Below are positions 12,770 to 26,060 of a stretch of 64,000 nt of DNA, one piece after another. The position numbers were made by a program, and so were the translations under genes. This DNA is from Hypanus sabinus. Lineage: Eukaryota. The stretch lies in the NCBI RefSeq assembly GCF_030144855.1, contig NC_082731.1, forward strand, positions 24,986,001 through 25,050,000, in the 5' to 3' direction. Position 1 is the first letter of the stretch, and each line of letters begins with the position of its first letter. The notes beneath the pieces are model-generated. The model did no database searches, had not been told where the DNA came from, and was given only the letters and a program-made list of their open reading frames with translations.

Positions 12770-14450
12770 GGCTCTGGAAGGAAACTATCCAATAATATAA
12801 AACTTTCAGATATAGGAAAAACAAAATGGAGGCGAGAGTGGTTATCCCACTGCTTCAAAATGTGTTGGACAACTAGGAATGGGGAGAAGGAATTAGCGGA
12901 AGAACGCAGTAAATATCTGCTGACACAATTCACTAAGGAAAGCACTAGCACGATGCCAAAAATTCGAGCAGATCAAGGGGCAGAAGTAAGTGAGTTTGCG
13001 AATTCCAAAGGGAAAACTGAAAAATTCCAAGGTATATACATTACCTGGACGAAACGGACGGACCATCATGTGTTCTGCAATGGTTACATAAGGAGACTGT
13101 GGAGACCATTGCAGTGGGTTTTCAGGTATAATTCGATTATGGAATGGATCAGGTGCACTAGAGAGCTGCAGATATCTATCCACTCTGTAAGGAGGGAGAT
13201 GCGCACAATATAGGCTACTGAGCCTGATTTCCTTGGAAGGCAAGGTGTCGGAGTCTTTTTGGAATGACGTTTTGGAATATCCAGAGCCACGTAATAAATT
13301 AAGCCATATTCAGCCTGAATTCCTGTGTGAATCTTGATTGACAATTTATTGGAATTATTTCATGAAATAGACGGTTGGATAGGCAATTTGAGAGTCGGTG
13401 CTTTCCTTCACTCCATTTGTCAAAATGCCTCCCATGAGGATGCTGAACAAGATGGGAGTCCATTGTATTGCAGGCATGATTCCGCATGTATATACGATTC
13501 GCTGAATAGCTGATGACAAAGACTAGAAATAAGTGTTTTATTTTCTGGAAATCTGCTGGTGATTAGTGGTGTTTCGCCGGGAGCGGTGTTGGGACTTTTT
13601 GTTTGAAAATGATACATAAATAATTTGGTTGACGAAATTGGATGGCATTATAATCCCATTTGCTCGCGATACAAATATAGTTGGAGAGTGTTGTGAGTTT
13701 GAGTATGCAGAGAGTCTGCAGAAGGTCTTGCGAAGATTGAGATAATTTGAAAAGAATTGGCAGATTACATACGTTGTAGGCCAGTGTATGGTCATGAGTT
13801 TTGATAGAAGCAATAGAGGCGTGGTCCATTTTCTAAACGGGAAGAAATTTAAGACATCGGAGTTGGATAGTGACTTAGGAATGCACGATTCGGTAAAGAG
13901 CTATCTTCACGTTGATTCGACAGTAAGGTAGGCAAATACAACGCCAGCATACATTTCCAGAGGACTACAATATAAAAAGAAGAATGTGATACTGCACCTG
14001 GAATGCTGTGAGCAGTTATGGGTCCCCAAATCGCGGAACAACGAGCTGGCATTGAAGAAAGCCCAACAAGATGACTGCCTTTCACAGCTCTGGCCTGCAG
14101 CAGCTAAATTTCAGAAGAATTAAAAATATCTCATTAATATATAGAATATTTTGACCTCCCCTTAAAGAGTGGATTTGAAGAAGGTATTTCTTATAATAGG
14201 AGTGCTCAGTAAGAGTGGGTACGAGCCTTTGAATAGAGAGATATCAGCAATGAACAGAGGTAAGGCAGAATATCGAAAGAGTTAAGAGTCTGTGCAAGAC
14301 TTTGCCACAGAAGGCTACTGGGGTCAAGTGCTTACCACGTAAGTGACATATTCACGCGGAAGTTCAAATATTCTTAATAATTAAATGCGTCAAGTTTATC
14401 AGGAAGAAGAAAGGAGAATGTAAGCATGGAAATAAAACATGGAATGGCAG
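12770..14450 (+). mobile_element. CR1 RT region, highly decayed
   Basis: FARDTNIVG...LQKVLRRL...WQITYVVGQCMVMSF resembles CR1 FADDTKIGG...LQ.DL...WQM.YNV.KC.VMHF. Confidence 0.8.
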
Positions 14451-14559
14451 AGCAGAACTGATGGACCGCAGAACTAAATTATGCTCATATCTAACACAGT
14501 CGTATGCTCGTATATGCTGGTGAAGTCGGTAGTAGACCAATCCTAATTGCTAGCTCTTT

Positions 14560-14751
14560 GGAATGTGAAAAGAGACCGTTGCTACCAGAGAAAGACAGCC
14601 CGGTGGCAAGGAGTACTCACAAAACAATTACAGGTTTTAGCGAGCATGGGACCCCATATCTTGGAGCTGACGGTTTAGACAGTTCTGCTATCTTATATGC
14701 AAACATGCAGTTACAACATATTAAGCCAGACCGACTTTAAGTTCAAACTGC
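14560..14751 (+). pseudogene. V-segment relic, paralogous to 3030-3127
   Basis: LDSSAILYA resembles LxDSAIYYC. Shares TGC(A/T)AACATGCAGTT with 3085-3099. A degenerate heptamer is followed by 23 nt and TCAAACTGC (14743-14751). Upstream (W)YQR..QPGGKEY-like string is frameshifted. Confidence 0.4.
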
Positions 14752-14977
14752 TACACGGTCCTGTTTGGGATAAGAACCTATATTATGTTGTTCCTCTATT
14801 GATATTGTGCTATCGTGTCGCCTTGTTTACATGCCAATAGCTCTCATTTGTTTCCTGGCAGCTATGATGTATATACGATGATTGCAATCGGTAAAAAAAA
14901 ATATGTATTCCTTTTTACGAGAGCTTGCTCTAAAAGTTCCGAGTATTTATTTGATTATTTTGCTTGTTTTTTTTTTG

Positions 14978-15040
14978 TTTTCTGATTATCAGCGCATTTC
15001 AGACAATGCATAGCGACTCCGGAATGTACCACTCTGTGCA
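14978..15040 (+). pseudogene. Short V FR3 relic
   Basis: FLIISAFQTMHSDSGMYHSV resembles FLxISxLQxSDSGxYYCA. No RSS found. Confidence 0.3.
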
Positions 15041-15304
15041 GTTTGCTGAAGAGGCAACCCAATATTTTCTGCAATCCAATTGGTTGCAAATGATACCTTG
15101 CAATGATGTTTAATTAAAGGTTGGCGTTCATGCTCGCGAAGTCTGAGGTCATGTTGCACGAGCGATATCATGCATTTAATCCAACTCTTTTGTCAGTTGA
15201 AGGAAATTATCAATCAACATTGTTACTGTGCTTATATCTGCAATGATCTCAACAGACACAGGATAACATTATTCCTTCAAAGTACTAAAGACAAAGAGAG
15301 CGGT

Positions 15305-15347
15305 ATGTTATTCACGATCATTTGTGGCATTTTTCTAGTATTCGCTG
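15305..15347 (+). pseudogene. Leader-exon-like relic with non-functional donor
   Basis: ATG-MLFTIICGIFLVFA plus G (14 codons + 1 nt), then GAAAT where GT is expected. A W...PGK-spaced string (YIQWP*NQPGK) lies at about 15573-15606. Confidence 0.3.
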
Positions 15348-15899
15348 GAAATCAGAATATACGTATTGCCGAGGCAGAGCAGATCAATCGCTCTCTCTTC
15401 ACCTTCACTCTCTTTGGCCAAACTGTCATTTAACTGTCATTTATTTCAGAAAAATAATTTACACGTACATAAAACGCCAAGACCAAAAAAAATAATTATG
15501 CTCCTGAATTTCAGGCCTTCAACAGATTTTGTGGCAGTGCACGTCAGAGGTACTGCACTAATATGTAACATGTACATACAATGGCCATAGAATCAGCCAG
15601 GTAAAATGGCAACGAGTTCGATTGAAATGCCTTTCCTGCGGTGTAATTGATGAGATGAATGTTATTTTGCGACCGAAAGACACTGATGGACATGAATGAA
15701 AATACTGAAGGTTTACGCCATCAGCCTGTTGGCCCATAACAGAGGAACTGAAAGACCAGACGTTGCTGATGGTGCTGCTGCCTGTGTCAGAGAGGGGTCA
15801 AAGGAGTCAGAGCGCGATGGAGATGTATAGCCGAACGGCGAGTGATCACTTCACGCGTATTGCGTATTTCGTGTGAACGAAGACCTTGTTGGACTTTCT

Positions 15900-17060
15900 T
15901 AATATGGAATGCTGCTAATCCGATTCACTAATATATCAGTCTTAACATAATATGCTATATTCAGTCTTCAGATTTGACCTACCAAAATTAAACACTGCAC
16001 ACTTATCTGGTTTTAACTTCATCTGCCACCCTTCAACCCTGTTCTGGATGCTATCGATGTTCCTCTGAAATCACTGACAACATCCTCAAACAGCAAGCGT
16101 ACTGAGCCACCCATATAGTTCTTATCCAGGTCATTTATAAAATTGAAGAAGACGATATTTCCCTATACAGTCCTCTGCTGAAACCCATTGGACACAGATC
16201 TCTATAGAGAAAACAAATTATCTATAATCCCTTTCCCTTCTATGGGCAAGTTAATTCTGAATCCACAAAGCAAGATTTTCTTGGAACGAATACCACCTTA
16301 CTTTCTGAATAGGCGTTTCATGGGGAAACTTACTGAAAACTATATGCATTACATCCACTGATGTACCTTCTTCAATGTGTTTTGCTAAATTCTCAAAAAA
16401 AAAAACAATCAGGCTCATCAGGCATATCCAGTCTTTGGTAAAGCCATGCTGACTATCCCTAATCCGATTATGTCCCTGCAAAAGCTCTTAAATACCGCCA
16501 TTTATAATCTTCTCCAACAACTGGAACAGAACTGAAGTAAGACACCCTGGTCTATAATTTCTTGGGTCATCTTGACTATCTTTTTTGAACAAGGGAATAC
16601 ATCGGTAACCCTCCATTCTCCAGTACCTCTCGCGTCCACACTGATGAAGCAAAAACAATCGACAGAGTCTCAGATATATGCTCACTCGCTTTTCACGCCC
16701 TGTCCGGGCGACTTATCAAACTTAATTCTTCGCAAAATATCTATCACTTCCTCTCTCTTAATGTCTATATGGTCAAGCATTCCAGTCTGGTGCACTTCAG
16801 CAGCACAATTGCCAAGGCATTTTTTTTCCGGTCAGCAGCGTCTGGAAATAAGGCAACCCACGCATTTGCTTTTCATTTTTTATAATTTAGCTGGATCACA
16901 AACCTTAGAGATCCGAGGATGGATCGCTTTGGAACATTATTAATAGAATAGCTATAATAAATCATTAGACAACTGGACTATTTTTGACGTGTATGCCTGT
17001 TCTGAATAGAATTGGCTAAATGACTACTGATCCCATGCATCCTAATCTTATCGATGAACA
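15900..17060 (-). mobile_element. CR1 RT fragment
   Basis: DDPRNYRPGCLTSV..LLEKII (16488-16685) and SQHGFTK..ICL..LIVFF (16251-16481). Confidence 0.9.
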
Positions 17061-17099
17061 TCACGTGAAGGATACTGTCTTTTTTTTTACAAAAAAAAA

Positions 17100-18200
17100 T
17101 CTAGTGCTTAAGTTGGACGCGGTCCCAAATGCAAGACACAGACACTGAAGTACTAGGTACTGGACAAGGTGTGTCAAGAAAGCAAGAGAAGAGGGGAAGA
17201 AACAATGCTGGAAAAGACACTGGCCCTGGACGAGACTAGGATACAAGGCCTGGGCTAGGACGATACGAGGAATGCAGGACCTGGACAAGGAACTAGGGCC
17301 TTTGAACTGGGAACTTGGAACCTGGACAAGAACAGCGAACTAGAGACTGGAACAGGACCCGGATCCTGGGTCTTGTCTGGTGCTCGGAATCCGGATCTAG
17401 GCGAGTACATGACTTGGCAAGGCAGCAGGGCTGGACGTGGGTGCAGGACGCGGGACTCCTGGGCTGAATAAGGGCAGGAAGCTCATACTTGGACCAGGAG
17501 AATAATCTCAGACTGGAGCGAGGAGATGAAGCTGCTCAGACTTGGGCGAGGACATGAAGCTCAGACTTTGGCGAGGACATGAAACTTAGACTTGGTCTTA
17601 GGAGACAGGAAAGCAGAACAAAGAAACGGGACCCCTCTTTGGGAACAGGACACAGCGTCGGGATTCATGCACAGGAAGCTGAACACAGAGAGAAAGTTTC
17701 CAACACTTGTTTCCAAGGTGGCGGCAAATAGCTGGACCTACCTAGCGAAGATGAGGACACTACGAGTCAGTTCCAAATAACGAATGACCGTTCCATATAT
17801 GGACAGAGCAAGGCTCCAGTCTTGCTCCGGCGGTAGAGCTTAATGGCGAGAATAGGCGAGAAGGCAGGCAAGGCTCCAGTCGAAATATAGCAGGCGAGGC
17901 TCAGGTGAAACTTAACAAACGAAGCTCCTGGCAAAAGGTAGCAGGCAAGGCTTCATCCAAGGGGTACTGAAAGCAGGGAAAGAAACAGTCCAACCTCAGT
18001 GTAACGGCAAAGACGGCCTGGCTTACGCAACAGATCCATGGATAGGAAGGAACAGACCCGCCGCAGGGTAACGCCAAAGATGGCCTGACTTACCCCACGT
18101 TGTCGTGGATGGGTTCCTGACGATTCGAACCAGAACCTACACTGGAAACCAGAACAACTTATTTTCCCAGCCCCAAGACCAGCATCAGGTGCTATGATTA
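17100..18200 (-). mobile_element. Gypsy-type solo LTR-like sequence
   Basis: Reverse complement of 17100-17200 matches the LTR end at 9310-9365. Contains short degenerate tandem units such as CTCAGACTT(T)GGCGAGGACATGAA. Confidence 0.65.
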
Positions 18201-18424
18201 AGTCCAACTGAATATTGGGACGGCAGTTAACAGAAAAGATTCGAAACAGAATTCCGAGACAGCCGTTGCAGGGGCATTTCTGCACTCACTTTTTCACCTA
18301 TGTTTTCAAATTTTATCATGGGCGTCAGAAGTCCATTGTACCTGCTTCATGGTCCTGTGCCTGCTGCTATCGCTTGCCTCTGAATATAGCAGTTCGAATG
18401 AAGGTTGAACTGCTATCTCGAAAA

Positions 18425-18467
18425 TTGTGGCGGAGTTTGTATTTCAGTCTTTTACTTTACCTCACTG
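18425..18467 (+). pseudogene. Leader-exon-like relic
   Basis: TTG-WRSLYFSLLLYLT plus G, then GAAGT instead of GTAAGT. A CACAGCG lies about 355 nt downstream (18823-18829) without a good nonamer. Confidence 0.25.
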
Positions 18468-19500
18468 GAAGTAAACACACTTTAACTAAATCGTTAAAGA
18501 TTTTACAAAAAACGTTTATCTCTATGGCAGCTGTGCTCATGACAATATACAGACCGGTGTACTGTAAAGTGAACAATACAGGAATATGTTAAGATCTCTC
18601 TCCGTGGCCTGACAAAATCAGCGGATTGTTTTTTAAGCCCAGATCGACTTTGTACCATGCAACAATGTAGCGAATTTAGCAGAAAACAGTGTACGCTGGG
18701 ACTACTGTTGGAGCTTTGCATATCGTTGACAAGTTGTTGTACGTAGCGCTAAATGTCACCGAACTTATATGAAACCTGTTTTTACTGGTCTTCTCTAGCG
18801 TCGCGGTACGTTAGCCACTGGTCACAGCGGATGTAAATCCACCTGTCATGTTCCGTAGATCGAGCGTGGATATGATTTTTGTCCAACAACAACAGAGAAG
18901 TTTGGAAAGGCTCGCGCATCCGAACAAAGAACTGTGTGAATGCTGCGTGAAAACTAGACCGTTGCATTTGCCTGTCAGTAAGAAATTACACTTCGTACAC
19001 TGCACACAATTATAAAGAACGTATATTTATAAACGTTAACAGAGAGAATAAAAAACAGTTATTAAGGTAGAAAGAATAAGAGACAAACTGGACCAATTAA
19101 AACAGCCCAATATACATAGGTTGAAGCTCAAATCTTCAAAAAGCTGATGTTTTATTTGCACTCACGGCGCCAACACTTACTCATGGATCACCAATAGGAA
19201 TTACCTCTTGAATCATCTGGAATAGACGACACGACATTCGTACGTATGAGCACGTCAACACTTTATCTTTAACGATAGCGCAAAGGCGATCGGCACAGCA
19301 GACTGTTTCAATCTAAAACCATGAAAGGAAAAACCCTACAATATTAGCAGTATAGTCTTAACCAGTGCGTTAAACATGTCTTTCCGAAACACTGGTGAAG
19401 TTTGTACCCCTTGCGGTGCCACGCTTTTCCAGATTTGCATGCTCCCAATGTACATAAACCGTATCATACAACAGCAAATATGATGCAATAATATCCCAAT

Positions 19501-19825
19501 GGCTGTGATGCATAACCGCAATCCAAGATACAGAGGTCATATCGCTTTCCTGGAGCAGCATCAGTTTTTCCAACGGGTGTTATTAACTTGTGATAAAGTT
19601 CAACTTCTACTTATCATTCCTTGTTGTGGTTCTCGTTGCAAACAAGGGAATGCATTTATTCCGTAAGAGAAATTGCAAGCAAAATAAATCTGAGGTACAA
19701 CCACTCTTTGCGAAAAAATAACACCGCCGACAGGATAGGCTTCTTGTCCACAGCTGAAATTGACGGCACAAGTGCAATGGCTTGCAAAGTAACGTGACCA
19801 TGGAACTCTCTTCTCATCAGAAGCT
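19501..19825 (-). pseudogene. Inverted TCR V-like relic
   Basis: Minus strand reads EESSMVTLLC...LQFLLRNK...LQESDMTSVSWIAV, then CACAGCC. Landmarks are spaced roughly like a V exon. Stops present and no nonamer. Confidence 0.35.
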
Positions 19826-20328
19826 TGACCTAACGCATATTAGTTATGTTACAAAAATAATAATGTACTTCTGGTCACTTCACATATCTACTTCCAAGGA
19901 TCATAAATGATGAGGTTAGTATTCTGGATATTTCCTATTTCTGTCATGTTGCCAAGTTTTGATTTAGAAAGAATTGTTTTCTGCTTCTCCCTACTTTGGA
20001 CCTAACCAATAATTTACATTATATGCCGTATGAAGAAAATCTGGCTTTTACTATTTCAACAATATAATTACCATAATACTATACGACATTGGAACCGGAC
20101 TGCACCTAATCTAATCCTCTTAGAAATAAGACTGCAGAAACACCCGTGCAATGGATTCGTGTTTTCACCTGTTGGGTGAAGCTGCAGCTCCAACGGATGT
20201 ATCATCCCAACGATACTCAGATTTACATAAATGAGTGCGCTGACCCACCTTCCAGTTTCAGAATTCTAAGCGTAATTCTCATTTGTCACCATTCCGCAAC
20301 TGACAGAATGTGGCCACGGAGTATTTAC

Positions 20329-22510
20329 ACTGCATTTGCTGTTGGAATGCAGGTGTTTGTAGTTAGCGGAACCTGAAAATGATTGGAAACTAAACGAGAT
20401 GATTGAGACCCAATTCCTGAGGAAAATAGCCAGGTGGGCGATTGCCTGCAGGGACCAGAACAGTACCCCTCCCTCAACGGGAACCTCCAGGCTATTTTCA
20501 CATAATTGAAGAATGTCTTGCGGTTTTCCTTTACACTGCTCGCTAGGGTTTGTTCATGCCCGCTTCTTGCTCTCTTCAGCACCAACTTAAGCTCCTTTCC
20601 TGATACATTATATTCCTCAACAGTGTTACAAGGACGCAGCGGTGGACCGAATCAGATTGCTGAGCACGGCGCGGAATTGGTGCCAAGGTAGCCTTTACCC
20701 GTTGTCTTGGTTTTAGTAGTTAATTCAGGAACGATGATAGACTTATAACTGATAGACCTAAAAGCCATGGAATGAGGTTGCTCGTCCACGAGTTGACCAA
20801 CGAAATGGCAGCTCCTTGTTGTGGTCACAGGACTTTTATGCTGCATTTGCAGATGGAAAGCAGGTGTTTGTAGTTAGTGGAAACTAGGAATGATTGGGGA
20901 GAAAGCGAGGTGATTGAGGCCCAATTCCAGAGGAAAATAGCTAGGTGTCAGAAGGGATCATGACAGTTCCATCCCCTCACCCCCCGCCACAACGGGAGCC
21001 TACCGGTGATCCTCCAGGCCTGTCTGATGAAAGTCCTGGAAGAGGGAAGAGTGTAGGATGAAGGAGCTGTGAACCCAAGAACGCTCTTCTCACCCGTACC
21101 TTACCCAGTCCAGCAGGTATTGGAGAGGCCTGCCCGACGGCGCACCTCTAGTCGTCGGACGGTGTATGCTTGTTGGTTGTCGATGATACGAGCAGGTGGT
21201 GGAGTCTCAGCTGGGAAACACAAGGTGCTGATGGAAAATGGCTTTAACTGAGACACGTGAAGAGTTGGGTGAATGCGCATGGACCTTGGCAACTTTAGGC
21301 GGACCGCTGTTGGATTGATAACCCTTTCAACCTTGAATGGTGCGAGGAAGCGAGGGGCACGTATCCTATGTTCGTTTCTGAGCGGGATGTCCAAGGCGGA
21401 AAGCCACACCATCTGCCCAGGTTAGTACTCCGGTGCCAGAGTATGGTGTAGGTCGGCTGCCTTCTTATTTCGATTTGTTGATCTGAGTAAGGCCCTGCAT
21501 GTTTCCTCCGGAATCTTAAGGCAACAATCAATAAAGTTCCGAACCGATGGTACCGCAACCTCCTATTCTTGCACGCGGAACAAATGGGTTGGTACCCAAG
21601 GGAGCACTCGAACGGAGACAGCCCAATGGCAGAGCTCACCAGAGTCTTGTGGGAGTACTCAACCCACGGGGAGTTGTCGCTCCAGGTCGACTGGCTGTTT
21701 GCCCTTACAGAACGTAGCATCGCCTCCAGGTCTTGGATGACCCGTTCCGTCTGCCCGTTTGTATCGGGGTGGAAGCCGGATGACTGGCTGACCGATGCAC
21801 AGAAGGCTTGACAGAAGGCCTTTCATACCTGCGAGACGAAATGGGAACTCGATTGGAGACGATGTCCGCGAGGATTCGGAAGGCGGAAGACGTAGTGGAC
21901 GAGAAGTTCTGCGGTTTCTTGGGAGGAATGGAGTTTAGGGAGGGCCACAAAGTGCACGGCTTTGGAGAACCGGTCTACCACGGTGAGCAGTGTGGTGCTT
22001 CCGCGGGAAGGGGTTAGACTCGTGACGGAATCTTGGGCGATGCGTGACCAGGGACGACCAGGAACAGGGAGAGGACGAAGTAGACCCGCAGGTGGTCGAT
22101 GAGAGACCTTTCTTCGGGCATAGATGGAAGAAGCAGAGACATAAGAACGTGTGTCCGTCTACATGGACGGCCACTAAAAGTGCCTGCTCAGCAGAACCAG
22201 GGTCTATCACTCCCCGGGTGGCAGACAAATCTGGATATGTGCCACCACTTGAGAACCCGAGATCTGACAGAGACGGACACGTACAGGTGATGGCCGGGGC
22301 CATTGCCAGGGTCGAGGTCTTCCCGCCGGGCTTCTTTTATTTTAGCTTGGATCTCCTAAATGAGGGTGGCCACCACACAGGATGGTGGGACCATAGTCTT
22401 CCTGACAGCGGATGTCATCCTTGGAGTCATTCCGGCTTCCCGTTCTTGGATCCTAGAAGGTATGTGAGAGTAAACTTGAACCGTCCAAGAAATGAATGCA
22501 CAGCGTGCCT
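20329..22510 (-). mobile_element. Chromovirus-type Ty3/Gypsy relic: partial LTRs, chromodomain/integrase, gag-pro remnant
   Basis: [12 protein letters not shown]...[33 protein letters not shown] (21101-21412) and PWVEYSHKTLVSSAIGLSPFECSLGYQP (21295-21720). A PPT abuts the LTR near 20960-20985. An LTR piece of about 120 nt is repeated at 20329-20450 and 20842-20950, with a small CR1 piece at about 20470-20600. Confidence 0.85.
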
Positions 22511-22869
22511 GGCGGGAGTTCAATCGCTAACAGGTCTAACTGTAACCGCAGGAATTACCTCCAAGCATTATCAAGACTATTTGCCAGCTTCAAATGTAAA
22601 TCAACCCATGTAAAAAGCGCTATCTACTTCTTTTGTTGCTGTGTACGCGCTGATCAGAAGTAAAAAATGGTAAACTCGTCTTTCATACTTTCTGCAGGCC
22701 TTTCATGATGGTGACACCGTCAACGTCAGCATAGAATATACAAGGTATACTGGTATTGAGATTTTTTGTTTTACCCAGCAGCACAAGAGTACCGTCTCCA
22801 GAGAAATATCTATATCAGTTCAAATTTCAAAGGATGGTCAACTTTATTATCAAAGTACTTTTATACTCA

Positions 22870-23790
22870 GCAAAATCTATAGTATAGCACCACTCACAGA
22901 GACAATGAAATACAATCTAGAGTTCAGATAACAAACTGTGCAAACGTAGCATGAGATACCAAGTTCAAGGTCTTTACAGAACGTAATTGCTTGTTGCTGC
23001 CTCTCAATAGATGGGCAGGCGATTGTCGTCATCCCATATGTTGAACAGCCTGATGCCTGTAGGGTAGTAAGTACACTTGAACGTGGTGGTTCAAATCCTA
23101 AGGCTGACATCTTCTACCTGACGTCACAGAAGTTTTCCTCCACAACGATTAATATCGACGTGCTCAATACTTGGAAGGTCTTTACCCATGTTGTACTGGG
23201 ATGAATCCATTAGCTTTTGTAGGATTTTCCGTCCTATGGTCTTAATGTTTCCATACTAGCCCGTGATGCGTTTTGTCTGTACACCTTCCCCTCTACATCT
23301 GTAGTAGACATAATGTAAGCTATTTCAAAAGTCGGATTTCCTGTTCTATCTATCATGACAAAAACTACAATAGCCGGTAACGATCTATAAACAAGTCAGT
23401 GACAATGGTGTATATCATACTCCAAATATTTCGTCGATATACCGCGATACAGAGCAGGAGCAGAGTTGTACAAAGACCTCAGTGGGACGGATTGCAGGCA
23501 CAGTTTGTTTCAAAACCCGAGGACAGCAGCATAGAACAAAAATCAATAAACATAGAAGTGAAGTATGAGTCAGAGGGAGCTGGCGAGGCAGACTAAGAGA
23601 GCGAGGGAGTTCCGGCAACTCAGTCGATCTCCAGCTGAAGATTTCCATGGTAATTTCGTACATGCAGCCATTAGCCTCTGAAAGAAGTCGCTGCTCATGT
23701 GTGACTTCATGCCGCAATCTTCCCGCTTCCGAAATTTTGTCTGTCAGAAGCCGCTCCATCACGATGTTTCCGGTAGCCGGAGATTATAAA
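22870..23790 (-). mobile_element. Rex1/Babar-type LINE relic
   Basis: Minus strand has SVTSGRR...YRHQAVQH, resembling the Rex1 C-terminal LPSGRRYRS...FPQAIRLLN, plus decayed 5' sequence. Confidence 0.5.
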
Positions 23791-25539
23791 AAATAAACGC
23801 ACGTCCAGTGATCATACTGAAGCTCCATTGGCCACTCGGCAATAATTTGCACTAATCTGACACTAACTATGTTATACTGTCCAGAAAATACATAAACCTG
23901 CTGTCTGATAGTACAGCTCTCTTACGATGAAATGACTGAATAAACCTTAAACCTTTACGAATGATGCAGAAGCGCGAGTACACAGGGAAAACCCATTAGT
24001 AAAAGCACTTTATATATTGTTTTTAAAAAAAGTTTGCAGCTCTGAATTCCATGTCCTGAGGATCTGGCTGCTATTGGATTCGCAAATTACTCAATTAGGT
24101 TAATAAGCATAATAGATTTTTTTCCCCCACCTACTGGATACCAACATTTCGCCACCATCGTCCACTCTTCCGCGATGGAACACAGAAGCAGAGGACTTGA
24201 ACGTGAAAACACATTCAATCTGTTTTGAAATGATGTCGTGTTCATACACAGAGATATAAGATCACCATTTATTATCTAAATTTATTGACATGATTTCATT
24301 TTGGAAAGGAGTTAACGCGATGAATTTCAGGTTGACGAAGTAACCACATTTACTTTCTGGTTTGTGTACCTGAAGAGTTTAGAATCTAGAGAAACTTCTA
24401 CTTTGAAACACTGGTGAATAATACTTTGAATAGTTTCAATGCAATGTTATAAATAATCCTGAAATATAACGGCTGAATATTACCTGGGAATGGGAATGGA
24501 GAATTAAGATGTGGTTCAGATGGCACTAATGCCGAGAGGAGCGAATTGAAGAAACTTAATGCTCAAATCTCTTCCAGCATTTATTATAAGGAATTTCATC
24601 GTAATATGCAATGTGTAAGCCTGCGCCTATCGAGACCATGCGCACACAAAACTTTTTTGTGACATGTAGCACCAACATTCATTAAGGCGATATAGCAGTA
24701 CGACCGAGGCATAGGAGGTAATTGGTGTCAACGTCTATTTTGAAAGATTTTTTCTAAGTTTTGTGCATTGATGTGCAACTCAACATACTACTCCTCCATT
24801 CCCAACACTTCATTATGATGCTGTCGATTGAATCCGTCAAGTGTGCTCGCCCCGAATGACGAGGTACGAAATCATAGTTCCACCAATGTCGACCAAATGC
24901 GATGGTCTTCGTATTATATAATCGATTGTATCGATGTTTCAAGTTTATTCAGGAACTGTAACAGAAAGGGTAGTTTAATTGCCGCTTGAATCCGCTTCTA
25001 CGGTGCTCGTTAGTGATTTCCATATTCTTTAGATAGCTGCATCACCCTTTGGTTTCCCTGCTCGCTGTGGCATAGTGTGTTCGGTTCCTGGCGACACGTG
25101 GGATGCGAGTAGCACGTGCAAGAGAGTCGCTTGTTTTCTTTTCTCTCCACGAGCTCTTCATCACACAGACGTTGCGCATGGTGCTGAAGGACCATTACAA
25201 AGTTATGCTCAGGATATAGGAGGGCCCATGCGCATACTTAGATAAGTGTATGTTGAATGTTTAGCTTTTTAGTCGTGTACTCGAGGAGACTTAATGAAGA
25301 ACCTGTTGAGTTTGAAGTGCATCTGACTATTAAGTGTCGAAGTGTGTGCAACATAGTGTGATTTATATATTTGGTAGAATGTTTTACTCTTTGTCTAAAA
25401 TAAAAGCTCAATCTGCTTATACGAAACCCGTCTTTTCTTCGTTACTAAGCACACCCTTGGGCAGGTTTCTCATTGTAACTGAAACGTGTCACATCCTCTT
25501 AGTCATCCTCTAGTCTGGCCTGTCGTACAACTTTATCGT

Positions 25540-26060
25540 AGTTCAGGCAGAGGAAATAAACATCAACAAAGAATTGACTGTCAAAAGACCACAACAGATG
25601 TTTCATATTTTGGAATTCCAGAGGTACAAGAGAACTCTTACGTTAGGCGGCATCGATAGAGAAGAATAAACGTTTGACATTTTGTGCCGGCAACTTCCAC
25701 AAGGCACGGAAGGTAAAGACGAATACATGTAATTCAGAAAAGTAAGGTGTGTAAAGGAAGGCGTGCAAAGTGGTAGCTGAACTTTTAAACGCGGCAAAGG
25801 GGAACGTTAGATTGAGGTTAGGAAAATTAAGTGAACAGCTGTTAGGTGACAAGTCAAAAACGTAAAGAGCAGCAAACAAAGTCATCTGACAGGAGATAGT
25901 AGTGGATTTTGAGAGTAAGGCGACGTGCTGGGTCATCAGAGGGTGGCGATGAGCAAGTGAAGAGAAGAGAAGGTGTAAGACGGGAGTCAGACTGCTGAAA
26001 GGAATAAGGAAAGAAGTAGTAGGAAACATAAAAACCCATATTCATGCCAACAGCATAGAA
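25540..26060 (-). mobile_element. Penelope-like 3' end fragment
   Basis: GCGGCATCGATAGAGAAGAATAAAC resembles the terminal motif of the Penelope copies at 27030-27090 (opposite strand) and 47810-47870. Confidence 0.45.

Noticed and set aside
22044-22613. 189-aa plus-strand ORF (and 8857-9279, 48063-48566)
   Set aside because: Antisense or off-frame readings of GC-rich retroelement sequence with no protein motif.
22697-22930. Open frame AFHDGDTVNVSIEY... with YWY in another frame and a CACAGAG
   Set aside because: No Cys landmarks, no nonamer, and it needs several frameshifts to resemble a V.
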